Source: an uncultured Planctomycetota bacterium | GTDB taxonomy: Bacteria > Planctomycetota > Planctomycetia > Isosphaerales > Isosphaeraceae | DNA: 64,000 bases | Reading direction: 5' to 3' | Assembly (NCBI GenBank): GCA_963823665.1 | Contig: CAWGMQ010000006.1 | Location: forward strand, 1,632,001 to 1,696,000 | In this document: one piece after another, positions 32,786-42,258 of the stretch | Numbering within the stretch: the stretch's first letter is position 1 | Layout: every line of letters begins with the position of its first letter | Notes under the pieces: generated by a model | The model's database searches: none | What the model was told of the DNA's origin: nothing | Seen by the model: only the letters and a program-made list of their open reading frames with translations | Made by a program: the position numbers and the translations under genes

Positions 32786-33916
32786 ATGATGCACTCGATC
32801 CGGATCGCACTGGCCCTGGGCCTCGGCACCGCGTTGTTGGGCATACCGACTCCTGGGTCGGTCGTCGCCCAGGAGCAGGAGGCTGGACACTGCCCTGGAA
32901 GACTGGAGGCGCTCGACATCTCATACCGCCGCCAACTTCGCGCAATCGAGCGCAAGTGGATCGCCGATCTCGCCGGCCTCGCGGGAAAGTCGAGCGGTCC
33001 GGAGGCGAACGACGCCTACCGGCAACTGTTCACACTGGCAGTCGCGCGAGACCTTTGCATGGAGGCACAGCCGGCGGCCCAGAGCTGCTTGGCGTCGATC
33101 GCCTTGGGAGAAGCAGATCCGGCGGCCCAAAGCTGCTCGCCGTCGATCCCTAGGACACAGGATCTGCGCATCTTGGCCGCATCGGTCCAGGTCTTCGCCC
33201 GGGCCGAGCAGGGCGAGTACGAACAGTCGCTCGCCGAGCTCAAGGCGCTCTTCAAGAGGCCGGGTTGTGGGCCGCAGCGCGCCGCGAAGTCGAGCGGCGC
33301 GACAGCGTTTGTCGTGGGAGAGGCCTACTTCCAGCGCCTCATCCGCAGCAGCCGCTACGACGTCGCACGCAAGTTGTGTGAGCTGGCCTGCAAGGACGAC
33401 ACCCCGGCCGCCCTCAAGCACCACTTCAGGGCCCGGATGGATCGGCTCGACCTGCTGGAGGGGCACGCGCCGGCGTTCTCCGGCAACGACGTCGATGGCC
33501 GCCACCTGTTCCCGGCCGATCTCAAACGAAAAATCGCCCTGGTCCAGTTCTGGGAGTCACGGTGCCCTCACTGTGTCGCCGCGATCACCGCTCTGAGTGC
33601 TTTGGCCCAAAAGCACGAGCGCCGTGGCTTCGAGATCTCGGCCGTCGACCCCGATCCGCGGAATCTGGACATCAAGGTTGGCACAACGGCGCCGCCAAAA
33701 GCTCACCAGTTCGCGATCGGACACGGCGCGACCTGGCCATATCTATCCGGCGACCAGACGGCGGGCAACGTCTGCACGGCCTGTGGCGTGGAGGTGATCC
33801 CGGCGAACTACCTCTTCAGCCGCGCCGGCAGGATCTTCGCCATCGAGCATGGCGATGCCTTGGAACGGGAGATCGTCCAGGCCAGGAGCGGCTTATCCGG
33901 CGGCGATTCCAAGTAA
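32786..33916 (+). CDS. Exported TlpA-like thioredoxin with helical N-domain
   Basis: Signal peptide; AP.F.G.DVDG...FWESRCPHC...IPANYL (atypical WCxxC context). Confidence 0.75.
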   Translation: MMHSIRIALALGLGTALLGIPTPGSVVAQEQEAGHCPGRLEALDISYRRQLRAIERKWIADLAGLAGKSSGPEANDAYRQLFTLAVARDLCMEAQPAAQSCLASIALGEADPAAQSCSPSIPRTQDLRILAASVQVFARAEQGEYEQSLAELKALFKRPGCGPQRAAKSSGATAFVVGEAYFQRLIRSSRYDVARKLCELACKDDTPAALKHHFRARMDRLDLLEGHAPAFSGNDVDGRHLFPADLKRKIALVQFWESRCPHCVAAITALSALAQKHERRGFEISAVDPDPRNLDIKVGTTAPPKAHQFAIGHGATWPYLSGDQTAGNVCTACGVEVIPANYLFSRAGRIFAIEHGDALEREIVQARSGLSGGDSK

Positions 33917-34049
33917 AGTAATCGAGTACGACGATCCAATGATGAGAGCAAAGTTACGTCAAGTGGTCTTCAACAATAACCGGCAGATCGTCTCGCACGA
34001 CGGCCAGGCCGATCGCTTCGGGGCGTCTCCGGTTCAAGGAGTCAGAGCC

Positions 34050-34448
34050 ATGACATCGCGACCTTGGAGCATGATGGTTTCCGTTCTGGTCTTCGCCTTG
34101 GTGCTGGCCGCGGGCGATAGCGCCCGGGCGCAATGGGTCGTCTCAGGCGGCTCGAGTTATCCCCCGATCGGCCAGTTCGGCCTGGGCTACGGGACGGTCC
34201 AGGGAATCTCGCCTTTCGGCTACGGTTCATTCGGCGCAGGTGTTTACGACGGGTCGAGCCACTTCGTCGGATTCCCGCTCCCCGGTTATGGACGGGCCAT
34301 CGGGCGAACGCCGGTCACGACCACGTCGTTTGAGTCGGTCTCCGACGTCGTGACCTTGGTCCCCGGTTGGAACGGTTCGGGGGGGCACCGGATTCACCGC
34401 CGGCACCGAGCGGTAGCGAGCGTTCCCCGAGCGGCGATAGGTCGGTGA
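34050..34448 (+). CDS. Secreted Gly-rich hypothetical protein
   Basis: AAGGAG RBS and a signal peptide ending ARA. Confidence 0.6.
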   Translation: MTSRPWSMMVSVLVFALVLAAGDSARAQWVVSGGSSYPPIGQFGLGYGTVQGISPFGYGSFGAGVYDGSSHFVGFPLPGYGRAIGRTPVTTTSFESVSDVVTLVPGWNGSGGHRIHRRHRAVASVPRAAIGR

Positions 34449-34666
34449 TCGCGGTCGATCGAGGGTTCGAGGTCAGAGGTAAAACGCTGTCAGGATTTGG
34501 GGGCCGGCTGCGACAAATTCAATAAGCCCCAGCGGAACACCCCGGGGTTTGGCATGCTCGCGAGGCAGGGTTCCGCTCGACGGTCGCGTGCCTTGGCGGG
34601 CATCATCACGAATTTGTTTCGATCGGCTTCCATGTTTAATCTGTCGTGCCGAACTCGGAGCGAGCC

Positions 34667-36901
34667 ATGATCCCCCACGACTCTGACCGAGACAAGCAGC
34701 CCCTTCCCTCCTCAAACGGGCTGTGCGGTAACCACGACCCCCAGGAAACGGGCTCGTATCCTCCGGCGGCTGACCGCCCGCCTGCTGCGACCGCGCCTGG
34801 TGATCGGTTGACTAGCGAGCGCCTCGACTTCCTCGGCTCGCCTAAAGCCGACGGAGAGCTCGGCTGGCTGGCCCACTACCGCGTTCTCACGCTCCTGGGC
34901 GAAGGTGGCATGGGCCTCGTCTTCCTGGCCGAAGACAGTCTTCTCTCCCGACCCGTCGCCTTGAAAGTCATCAGGCCCGAAATCGCGGATACCCCGGGAA
35001 TCACCGAGCGGTTCACTCGCGAGGCCCGGGCGACCGCCGCGATCAAGCACGACCATATCGTCACCATCTATCAGGTCGGGCAGGAACGGGGCGTCCCGTT
35101 TCTCGCCATGGAGTACTTGAAGGGCATGTCGCTGGCCCAATGGCTGGACCGAGGCCACAAACCACCAGTGGAGGTCGTGCTGCGAATCGGTCGCGAGATC
35201 GCCGCGGGTCTCGCCGCCGCCCATCGCCACAGCCTGATCCACCGCGACATCAAGCCGGCCAACATCTGGCTCGAGGCACCGCTCGGCCGCGTCAAGATCC
35301 TCGACTTCGGCATGGCACGGTCGCAGCGCGAGGAAATCGAGATCACTCGGACCGGGGCGGTCATGGGCACGCCGGCCTACATGGCTCCAGAGCAAGCCCG
35401 CGCTGAACCGGCCGGCGCTGGCTCGGATCTGTTCAGTCTCGGCTGCGTCCTGTACCGCCTCTCTACCCTGCGCTTGCCCTTCGAGGGTGACTCGGTCATC
35501 GCGGTGCTGACATCGATCTGGACGGCAACCCCCCCTGCTCCGCGCGCTCTGAACGACACGATCCCGGCCAGTCTGAGTGATCTGATCATGCGGCTCTTGC
35601 ACAAGATGCCGGAGGCACGGCCGGTTTCGGCGGAAGTCGTGGTCAAGGAGCTAAGGAGTATCGAGCGTGAGCTGCTTGCTCAGCGACAAATCGCAGAACG
35701 GGGAGAAAACGAGCCCTTGACGGATCTTGTGAGGCAGATCATCCGGTCTCCGCGCGAGCTCGTCGACCAGACGAGCCCGACTCCGCCGGCGTCAACGCCT
35801 CACGCTCGCAGCCGCAAGCTCGGAGTTGCGGCCGTGCTGGCCGCGCTCACGGCCGCGGCGATCTTTAGCCTTGTGTTCGCCCGGACGCGCAGGAGCAGCC
35901 TCACGATCATCGCCACCGGGCCCGCCACAGCTCCGGACCGTGAGCCGGGCGCGCTTGCGCCGGTCATGAGACCGAAGACCGACGATCCGCGCCCGGCTCA
36001 ACCGGCTGCCGGGCCGGATCGCCTCGCGGCATCGGTTGATCGGGATGACGTCTTGGTGCCAAGTGCTCCAACGGGCCTCGAGGTACCGCGTTCCACCGCA
36101 GTGATCGAACCCGGTTTATCTCCCGCACCGAAGGCTTCCCAGCACGACGACGCTCCGGCGGATCACGTCTCCCCGAGCGACGGAAAAATGCGCGGCGAAC
36201 TGCCAACCGCGAGCATCGCCGAGAACGGGCGAGCACCACAGGGACGGGACCCGGCGGCGCGAGAGAAGCATCCTTGGGGTGATGCCGTCGACCCCGACGG
36301 CGATTGTCAGTTCGAGCTGGACCCACGTGAAGACAAGGTCAGGATCATCGTCCCTGGCAAGCCCCATATCCTGAGCGCCGAGATTGGTCGCGTGAACGGG
36401 CCGCGGCTCCTGCGCGATATCAAAGGCGATTTCGATTTGATCGTGCGGGTCGCGGGCACGGACAACCCAGCAGGGAAAGCGACGACGACGGTCTATCCCC
36501 CTTATCACGGGGCTGGGCTGCTCATCTGGCAGGACCAGGAGAACTACGTCCGACTCGAGATCGCCACCGACGTGCAGCACCGGAAGGCTCGCCCCTACGT
36601 CAACTTCGAGCATCGCAAAGACGGCACGCTCGCCGCTTCAAGCGGCATCGCGAACACGGACGCCTCGAACCACCTCCGGCTGAAGCGGCGCGGTGACGAG
36701 ATCTACGCGTCCTTTGGACCGGACGGCCTGCGCTGGACCTCATTTCCTCCGCTCTCCGTCAAACTCAACGACCGCCTGAAGGTTGGTGTCTCGGCCATCA
36801 ACAGCTCGACGAAGCTCCTGACCGCGGAATTCGAGGGCCTTGAGGCATTGGAAATACCCGGCGCCGGACGTGATCTCAAGACCGAAGGGGTGCGCCCATG
36901 A
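34667..36901 (+). CDS. Membrane Ser/Thr protein kinase with C-terminal DUF1349/ConA-like domain
   Basis: LGEGGMGLVF, VALK, HRDIKPAN, DFG, GTPAYMAPEQ and a TM helix; C-domain has PRLL..IKGDF and GAGLLIWQD..NYVRLE. Confidence 0.95.
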   Translation: MIPHDSDRDKQPLPSSNGLCGNHDPQETGSYPPAADRPPAATAPGDRLTSERLDFLGSPKADGELGWLAHYRVLTLLGEGGMGLVFLAEDSLLSRPVALKVIRPEIADTPGITERFTREARATAAIKHDHIVTIYQVGQERGVPFLAMEYLKGMSLAQWLDRGHKPPVEVVLRIGREIAAGLAAAHRHSLIHRDIKPANIWLEAPLGRVKILDFGMARSQREEIEITRTGAVMGTPAYMAPEQARAEPAGAGSDLFSLGCVLYRLSTLRLPFEGDSVIAVLTSIWTATPPAPRALNDTIPASLSDLIMRLLHKMPEARPVSAEVVVKELRSIERELLAQRQIAERGENEPLTDLVRQIIRSPRELVDQTSPTPPASTPHARSRKLGVAAVLAALTAAAIFSLVFARTRRSSLTIIATGPATAPDREPGALAPVMRPKTDDPRPAQPAAGPDRLAASVDRDDVLVPSAPTGLEVPRSTAVIEPGLSPAPKASQHDDAPADHVSPSDGKMRGELPTASIAENGRAPQGRDPAAREKHPWGDAVDPDGDCQFELDPREDKVRIIVPGKPHILSAEIGRVNGPRLLRDIKGDFDLIVRVAGTDNPAGKATTTVYPPYHGAGLLIWQDQENYVRLEIATDVQHRKARPYVNFEHRKDGTLAASSGIANTDASNHLRLKRRGDEIYASFGPDGLRWTSFPPLSVKLNDRLKVGVSAINSSTKLLTAEFEGLEALEIPGAGRDLKTEGVRP

Positions 36902-36920
36902 ATCTCTTTCAGCGATCGTG

Positions 36921-37129
36921 GAGCACGACGATGCCGTGGAACGCGCTATCGTCCGGGGCTCAGGCGGTCTGTCGGGCGGTGACTCCAAGTAATTGAGCAC
37001 GAAGATCGAATAATAATCGCAAAATTACGTCAACTGATCTTTAACAAGAACCGGTAGAAAGTCTCGCACGATGGCAAGGCTTATCGCTGCCGGATCATCT
37101 CCGGTTCAAGGAGTCAGAGCCATGACATC
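36921..37129 (+). repeat. Diverged copy of 33845-34057 (TlpA 3' end, intergenic region and start of the next gene)
   Basis: Colinear similarity over about 210 bp; the last 32 bp (TCTCCGGTTCAAGGAGTCAGAGCCATGACATC) are identical. Confidence 0.85.
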
Positions 37130-37228
37130 ACAACGATTGAATTCGTCGCCCCGAGTGAATGTCCTTGTGCATCGCGTTACCGCATCCTGTTTGATCAGTT
37201 TCCCCCTTTGATTCTGAAAGAGAGCTGA

Positions 37229-37741
37229 ATGATTAGTCGATTCCGTAATTTGACCGTCCTTGCCCTGGCGCTTTCGCTCAATACCGCCCGCGCCGCCTGG
37301 GCCGACGATGGGCCGCCGGTGAAGCCTTTCGAGGCGGATGGCATCGTCGCCGACGTCCTCGAGCTATTCCCGCACGCCATCAAGGACCACAAGAAAGTCG
37401 ATCGGGCTCGCGCGCAGTCGACGCTCAAAGAGGTTGCCGCCCGCGCTCTGGTCACCAAGGACGGCGTCTACGCGTTTCTCGAAACCCCCGAGAACAAGAA
37501 AGCCTTGAAAGGTGTGAAGCCAGGAACCGCCGTGAGCATCAAGGGACGACTGCTCGCTTCCGGCGCGCTCTTGCACATCGACGCGATCTCCAAGGCGAAA
37601 GACGACCCCGGCGTTGATCTGTCGCGGTACGAAGACGAAGAAGGGAAGGAAGTCACTGTGTTCGTCACCAAGAAAATTCGAGCCAGCCCGGCCGTGCGGC
37701 CGGGCGATGTCGAAAGGGAGTTTTGTCCATGCATGAACTGA
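37229..37741 (+). CDS. Secreted hypothetical protein (3' end possibly truncated)
   Basis: Signal peptide ending AWA; codon usage matches neighbours. Confidence 0.6.
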   Translation: MISRFRNLTVLALALSLNTARAAWADDGPPVKPFEADGIVADVLELFPHAIKDHKKVDRARAQSTLKEVAARALVTKDGVYAFLETPENKKALKGVKPGTAVSIKGRLLASGALLHIDAISKAKDDPGVDLSRYEDEEGKEVTVFVTKKIRASPAVRPGDVEREFCPCMN

Positions 37742-38589
37742 TCAAGCTCGTGGCACTGCTCTTACCGATCCTGGTCGCGCTCGGGCCAAATCAAGCCGCT
37801 TCGGCCGGCGAGCGCGACGAGCCCAAACGAATGGTCCTGGTCGAGCTCTACACCTCGCAGGGCTGCGACATGTGCCCGACAGCCGAGAAGATATTGGGCG
37901 CGCTGGCCGAGCGGGAAAGCAGGATCGTGCCGATTGCTTTTCATGTCGATTACTTCAATGATCCGTGGCAGGACGTCTTCTCCGACCCGCTCTACAGCAA
38001 GCGGCAGATGGTCTATAACCAGCTCTATACCAAGCCCAAGAACCAGGAGTACGGCCTCTATTACACGCCCATGTTGATGATCGACGGCAGGCAGTCAGTC
38101 AACGGCCGCGACCCGGCCTCCGCCCAGGCGGCGATCCAAGCGGCCCTGGCCAGAAAACCAGCCGTCGGGCTTGACGTCGCCCTGGACCTCGCCAGCGACG
38201 ACGGCTCTGGCACGACCACGATCAAGGTGACGAGCCGCTCGACCGCGGCCGAGAAATCGCCGCTCTTGGTCTGCGCCGTGCTTCGCGAGGATGGCGTCGT
38301 CACCAACATCCCGTCGGGGGAAAACGCCGGCAAGTCGCTCATCGCTCGCTTCCCGGCCCGGCAGACGAAGTACGAGTTCATCGAGCTCGACGGCAAGTCG
38401 CCCACGACAAAGCGTTTCTCGTTCAAGATCGAGCCGGCCTGGAACCGTCAAAACCTCAAGCTGGCCGTGTTCGTTCAAGACAAGCGCACGGGCGTGATCC
38501 ACCAGGCGACCGATCTCCTCTGGCGAACGACCCCGACCGCCGCGACTTCGCCGAGTAATGTGACTGAAAAGACGACCCCGGCACGTTGA
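37729..38589 (+). CDS. DUF1223 thioredoxin-like exported protein (copy 1)
   Basis: VLVELYTSQGCDMCP.A, FHVDYF, YTPML and GENAG. Confidence 0.9.
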   Translation: MHELIKLVALLLPILVALGPNQAASAGERDEPKRMVLVELYTSQGCDMCPTAEKILGALAERESRIVPIAFHVDYFNDPWQDVFSDPLYSKRQMVYNQLYTKPKNQEYGLYYTPMLMIDGRQSVNGRDPASAQAAIQAALARKPAVGLDVALDLASDDGSGTTTIKVTSRSTAAEKSPLLVCAVLREDGVVTNIPSGENAGKSLIARFPARQTKYEFIELDGKSPTTKRFSFKIEPAWNRQNLKLAVFVQDKRTGVIHQATDLLWRTTPTAATSPSNVTEKTTPAR

Positions 38590-38600
38590 AAGGAGTTCTA

Positions 38601-39181
38601 ATGTTATCTTATATCGGATCCTGACACTGGCCGCGGCAGTCGCGATGCTTGCCGCCTCGACAGCTTTCTCGCAAGGCAAGGGGAAACCCGCGTCCGACGA
38701 GCAGTCCGGCATGAAGGTCGGCGAGAAGGCGCCGAAATTCACACTGAAAGACCAGGAGGGCAAGGAGCGCTCGTTGGATGATCTGCTCAAGAAGGGCAAG
38801 GTTGCCCTGGTGTTTTACCGCTCGGCCGACTGGTGACCGTACTGTCGCAAGCAGTTGGTTCAACTGCAAACCGATATCAAGTCGATTGAAGACGCCGAGA
38901 TCCAGCTCATCGGCATCAGCTATGATTCGCCCACCGTGCTCAAAAAGTTCTCCGACCGGTCGAAGATTACGTTTCCCCTGCTGTCCGACCCGGAGAGCAA
39001 GACGATCGACGCCTACAACATCCGCAACAAGGCTGCGAAAGGCAAGGCGGAGGGCGTGCCCAATCCGGGTACGTTCATTTTGGATCAAGAGGGCGTGATC
39101 CGCGCCAAGCTCTTCCTGGAGAACTTTCGCGATCGCCATTCGACCGAAGAACTCGTGAAGGCGGCGAAGGCCGTCAAGTGA
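38601..39181 (+). CDS. Peroxiredoxin-like AhpC/TSA selenoprotein candidate (UxxC; Sec at TGA 38834-38836)
   Basis: ORFs 38645-38836 and 38855-39181 share a frame across one TGA, giving FYRSADW-U-PYC-RKQL. The fold continues (IGISYD, FPLLSDP, PGTFILD.EG.IR). ATG 38601 after AGGAG needs a 1-nt indel fix in the signal peptide. Confidence 0.88.
38843..38876 (+). promoter_or_regulatory. Bacterial SECIS-like stem-loop
   Basis: Perfect GCAGTTG-GTT-CAACTGC hairpin (38851-38867) 14 nt after the UGA, with GU in the loop; possible lower stem TGTCG/CGATA. Confidence 0.75.
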
Positions 39182-39210
39182 TTCCCCCACAGCTCATGAG
39201 GAGACAGACA

Positions 39211-40622
39211 ATGCGCACGTTGGCCTTCAGCCTTGCGGCTTGTGGCGTGATCCTTGGCTCGAGTTCGCCCGCCTCGGCCGCGACGTATGCGCCAAAGGTC
39301 GGCGAGAGGCACCCCGACTTTACTCTGCCCACGATCGACAATCGCCGGCCCACATCGCTTTCCAGCTTCCGTGGCAAGAAAGTGCTGCTGATCCAGTTCG
39401 CCTCCTGGTGAGTGGGCTGCCGGCGGCACGTGCCAGTCTGGCACGAAGCGACTCGCGAGGCGGTGGCGCAGGGGCGGCTGGTCGTGCTGGGCGTCACCCA
39501 GGAGCAACATGCCGACCGCTGCCGGCTGTTCGCCCAGTGGAGGCAGTTCGGCTGGCCGATCCTCCACGACCCGATCAATCTTCTCGAGGCGCCGGCGGTG
39601 CCGATCGTGGTGGCGATTGACGAGCACCGCATCGTGCGCGCCGTCCGCCCGCGCCCGAAACGTTCAAAGCCGAGTTCCTCGACAAGACGTTCGCGGACGA
39701 CGCACCGGCAGGAGCTGTTCCGTCCGCCGGTGCTCCCGATCCGGCCTCGCTGCGCCGCACGGCCGAGGCGAAACCCGACCCCGGCGCCTGGCGTGCCCTG
39801 GGCGACGCCTTGACAATCTGGAGCGCCGCGAACCGCCTCGACGAGGCGATCGACGCATACACGCGTGCCCTGGTGCTTGACCCCTCGGACAAAATTGCCC
39901 TGTTCAGGCTGGGTGTCGCCCACCGGATGCGCCACGAGTCGGCAGGACGAAAGCCCGGTGACTTCCAGGCCGCGATCGATGCGTGGGGCCGCGCTCTGGC
40001 ACTCGACCCGAATCAGTACATCTGGCGACGTCGAATCGAACAGTACGGCCCGCGCCTCACCAAGCCATACGCGTTCTACGACTGGGTCGTGCAGGCCAGG
40101 GCGGAAATCGTGCGCCGCGGCGAGACGCCCGTTTCCCTCACGGTCGAGCCATACGGCTCCGAGCTCGCAGGCCCCGTCCGCGACGTCCTGACTGACCCGA
40201 CCGCCCTGGTCGAGCCCGATCCCAAGGGTCAGATCGCGCGTGACGAGCAGCGGTTCATCGAGGCCGAGGTGGTTGTTGTGCCATCGCGCGTCCGCCCGGG
40301 CCAAGCCGCGCGGCTACACCTCACCTTCCGTCCCAGCGCCGCCCACGCCGCACACTGGAACAACGAATCCACCCCGTTGCGGATCTGGGTCACCGGGGCC
40401 GAAGGCTGGACGACGTCCACGCGAATGCTCGAGGCGCCCCAGCCAGACCGGCCCGAGTCTGTTGAGGTCCGCCGCCTCGACTTCGAGGTGAAGGCGCCCA
40501 CCACCGCCGAGGGAAAGACCCGCCTCGCGGCCTACGCCCTCTACAACGCATGCGAACAGGCGGGAGGACGTTGCCTCTTCCTCCGTCAGGACCTGTCGAT
40601 CGAGCTGGACGTTGCGAAATGA
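39211..40622 (+). CDS. Exported thioredoxin-fold selenoprotein candidate (UxxC; Sec at TGA 39409-39411) with TPR and DsbD-N-like domains (frameshift near 39655)
   Basis: GAGGAG RBS, signal peptide, PDFTLP...SLSSFRGKKVLLIQFASW-U-VGC in frame. A TPR follows (AIDAY.RAL.LDP, AW.RALALDPNQY), then a C-terminal YNACEQAGGRC. Confidence 0.85.
39429..39445 (+). promoter_or_regulatory. Bacterial SECIS-like stem-loop
   Basis: Perfect CGTGCCA-GTC-TGGCACG hairpin 17 nt after the UGA, with GU in the loop. Confidence 0.72.
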
Positions 40623-40692
40623 GGGAAGCCCTCCTCCGCCTGTCGGTACGGACAACATTCGCGTTCTGAAACCTCTGCTACGGTGCCCCACT

Positions 40693-41316
40693 ATGGAGAA
40701 TGCAATCCTACCCGGCCAGTCCCGCACCAACCTGGACCAAGCGGCCTTGTTGGCACGGATGCAGGCGGGTGACGACGACGCCTTTGAAGCGTGCGTTCGC
40801 GCCCACTGGGGTCAGTTTTTGCTAGTAGCCCGGCGCATTCTCGGGAATGAAGAGGACGCCAACGACGCGGTGCAGGACGCTTTTCTGTCCGCATTCCAAG
40901 GAATTGGCCAGTTCAAGGAGCAGGCGCAGCTTGCCACCTGGCTGCACCGCATTGTGGTCAATGCGGCACTGGGCCGATTGCGCAGGCGGCAATACCACGA
41001 GGAAAGGTCGATTGAGGACCTACTCCCTCACTTCGCCGCGGGCGAGCACCAGATCGATCCGCCGGTCCCCTGGCAGGGGACCTCCGAATCGATCGTAGAG
41101 CAGCAGGAGTTATGCGCGCTGGTGCGGCGCTGTATCAGTCGGCTTCCGGAAGATTACCGTATCGTTCTACTCTTGCGCGACATCGAAGGATTAGCAACGG
41201 AGGAGACGGCCCGTATACTGAGCACCAGCACGACGGTCGTCAAGACGCGCCTGCATCGCGCACGCCAGACTCTCCGCTCGCTGCTCGACCCGCACATGCG
41301 GCGAGGAAACCTATGA
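40693..41316 (+). CDS. ECF sigma-70 factor
   Basis: EEDANDAVQDAFLSAF, TWLHRIVVN and LP..YR.V.LLRDIEGL...E.A...VKTRLHRAR. Confidence 0.95.
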   Translation: MENAILPGQSRTNLDQAALLARMQAGDDDAFEACVRAHWGQFLLVARRILGNEEDANDAVQDAFLSAFQGIGQFKEQAQLATWLHRIVVNAALGRLRRRQYHEERSIEDLLPHFAAGEHQIDPPVPWQGTSESIVEQQELCALVRRCISRLPEDYRIVLLLRDIEGLATEETARILSTSTTVVKTRLHRARQTLRSLLDPHMRRGNL

Positions 41317-41561
41317 ACTGCCGCGAATTCACCGAGTTTCTCCACGAATACATGTGCGGCGATCTGCCCGCCGACCAGCAAGCGGAGTTCGAGAAGCACC
41401 TAGCGGAGTGTCCCTGGTGCGTGGCGTATCTCGACAGTTATCGCAAGACTATTGTCCTGGTGAAGGCCGCGTTTGCCGGCTCCGAGCGAGCCTCGCAACC
41501 GGCCGACGCTCCCGAGGAGCTCATTCAGGCAATTCTCAACGCCCGGTCGCGCAGGCGGTGA
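41313..41561 (+). CDS. Soluble zf-HC2 (ZAS) anti-sigma factor
   Basis: MNC...HLAECPWC (HxxxCxxC); ATGA overlap with the sigma gene. Confidence 0.92.
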   Translation: MNCREFTEFLHEYMCGDLPADQQAEFEKHLAECPWCVAYLDSYRKTIVLVKAAFAGSERASQPADAPEELIQAILNARSRRR

Positions 41562-41615
41562 CCTCCCCACAACCAGCGGCACATGTCAATCTCTCGCGCC
41601 TTTCGCTTTTTTCTC

Positions 41616-41650
41616 TGTAACCTCCCGTCTCGGCCGGCATCCAAGAGAAT
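41616..41650 (+). promoter_or_regulatory. Candidate ECF promoter TGTAACC-N15-CATCCAAGAGAAT
   Basis: The same bipartite motif recurs at 47131-47166; this copy sits 66 nt upstream of the precursor ATG. Confidence 0.6.
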
Positions 41651-41716
41651 GTGCCCCCGTCCGCCCGCGTGGGTGGGCAGGGGCGGCATCTCCCCGTGAC
41701 TTCTCAAGGAGAACCG

Positions 41717-42160
41717 ATGCAAGTACCAGAGCTGAACCGTCGCGATTTCACCAAGCTGGCCGCGGCCGCCTTGAGCGGAATGGTGGCCGGCGCGAGCCTC
41801 GTCCGAGCGGACGACGAGCCCAAGAAGAAAGATCCCAACAAGCCGCTGCTCCTCCAGGAGCCGCACATCTGTCGCGGCTTGAACCCCACCTGCAAAGGCG
41901 AGGTGGCGGGGAAGAAAAACGAATGCGCGGGCCAGGCCCACGCTGCCACGGTGAAGGACCACTCGTGTAAGGGGCACAACGACTGTGCAGGAGAGGGCGG
42001 CTGCGGCGAGAAGCCGGGCGAGAACAAGTGTAAGGGCATGGGCGACTGTGCCATCCCCCTCAAGGACGACGCCTGGAAGAAGGCGCGGAAGAACTTCGAG
42101 GCGGCGATGACCAAGGCTAACAAGACTTTCGGCGACGCGCCCAAGAAAGAGAAAGAATAA
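41717..42160 (+). CDS. Tat-exported Cys/Gly-rich MNIO precursor candidate 1 (bufferin BufA2-like motifs)
   Basis: AAGGAG RBS, NRRDF Tat motif, 8 Cys in CxGxNxCxG(xG)-type repeats; directly upstream of DUF692. Confidence 0.82.
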   Translation: MQVPELNRRDFTKLAAAALSGMVAGASLVRADDEPKKKDPNKPLLLQEPHICRGLNPTCKGEVAGKKNECAGQAHAATVKDHSCKGHNDCAGEGGCGEKPGENKCKGMGDCAIPLKDDAWKKARKNFEAAMTKANKTFGDAPKKEKE

Positions 42161-42209
42161 GGCAAGCGTCACCGGCTTCGGACGATGGCCTTTCTCCGGT
42201 ACCCAGTGG

Positions 42210-42233
42210 ACGCCCCGCCGTTCGCCGGGGCGT
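42210..42233 (+). terminator. GC-rich hairpin between precursor and MNIO gene (attenuator or stabiliser)
   Basis: ACGCCCCG-N8-CGGGGCGT followed by a weak pyrimidine tail. Confidence 0.4.
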
Positions 42234-42258
42234 TCTCCGTCACCCTCACTGTGTCGAG

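Noticed and set aside
39179..39181. Terminal TGA of the Prx-like gene as another Sec codon fusing the two selenoproteins (the next gene follows closely)
   Set aside because: It is not at a Cys-motif position, the next gene is in a different frame with its own RBS and signal peptide, and no comparable hairpin follows.
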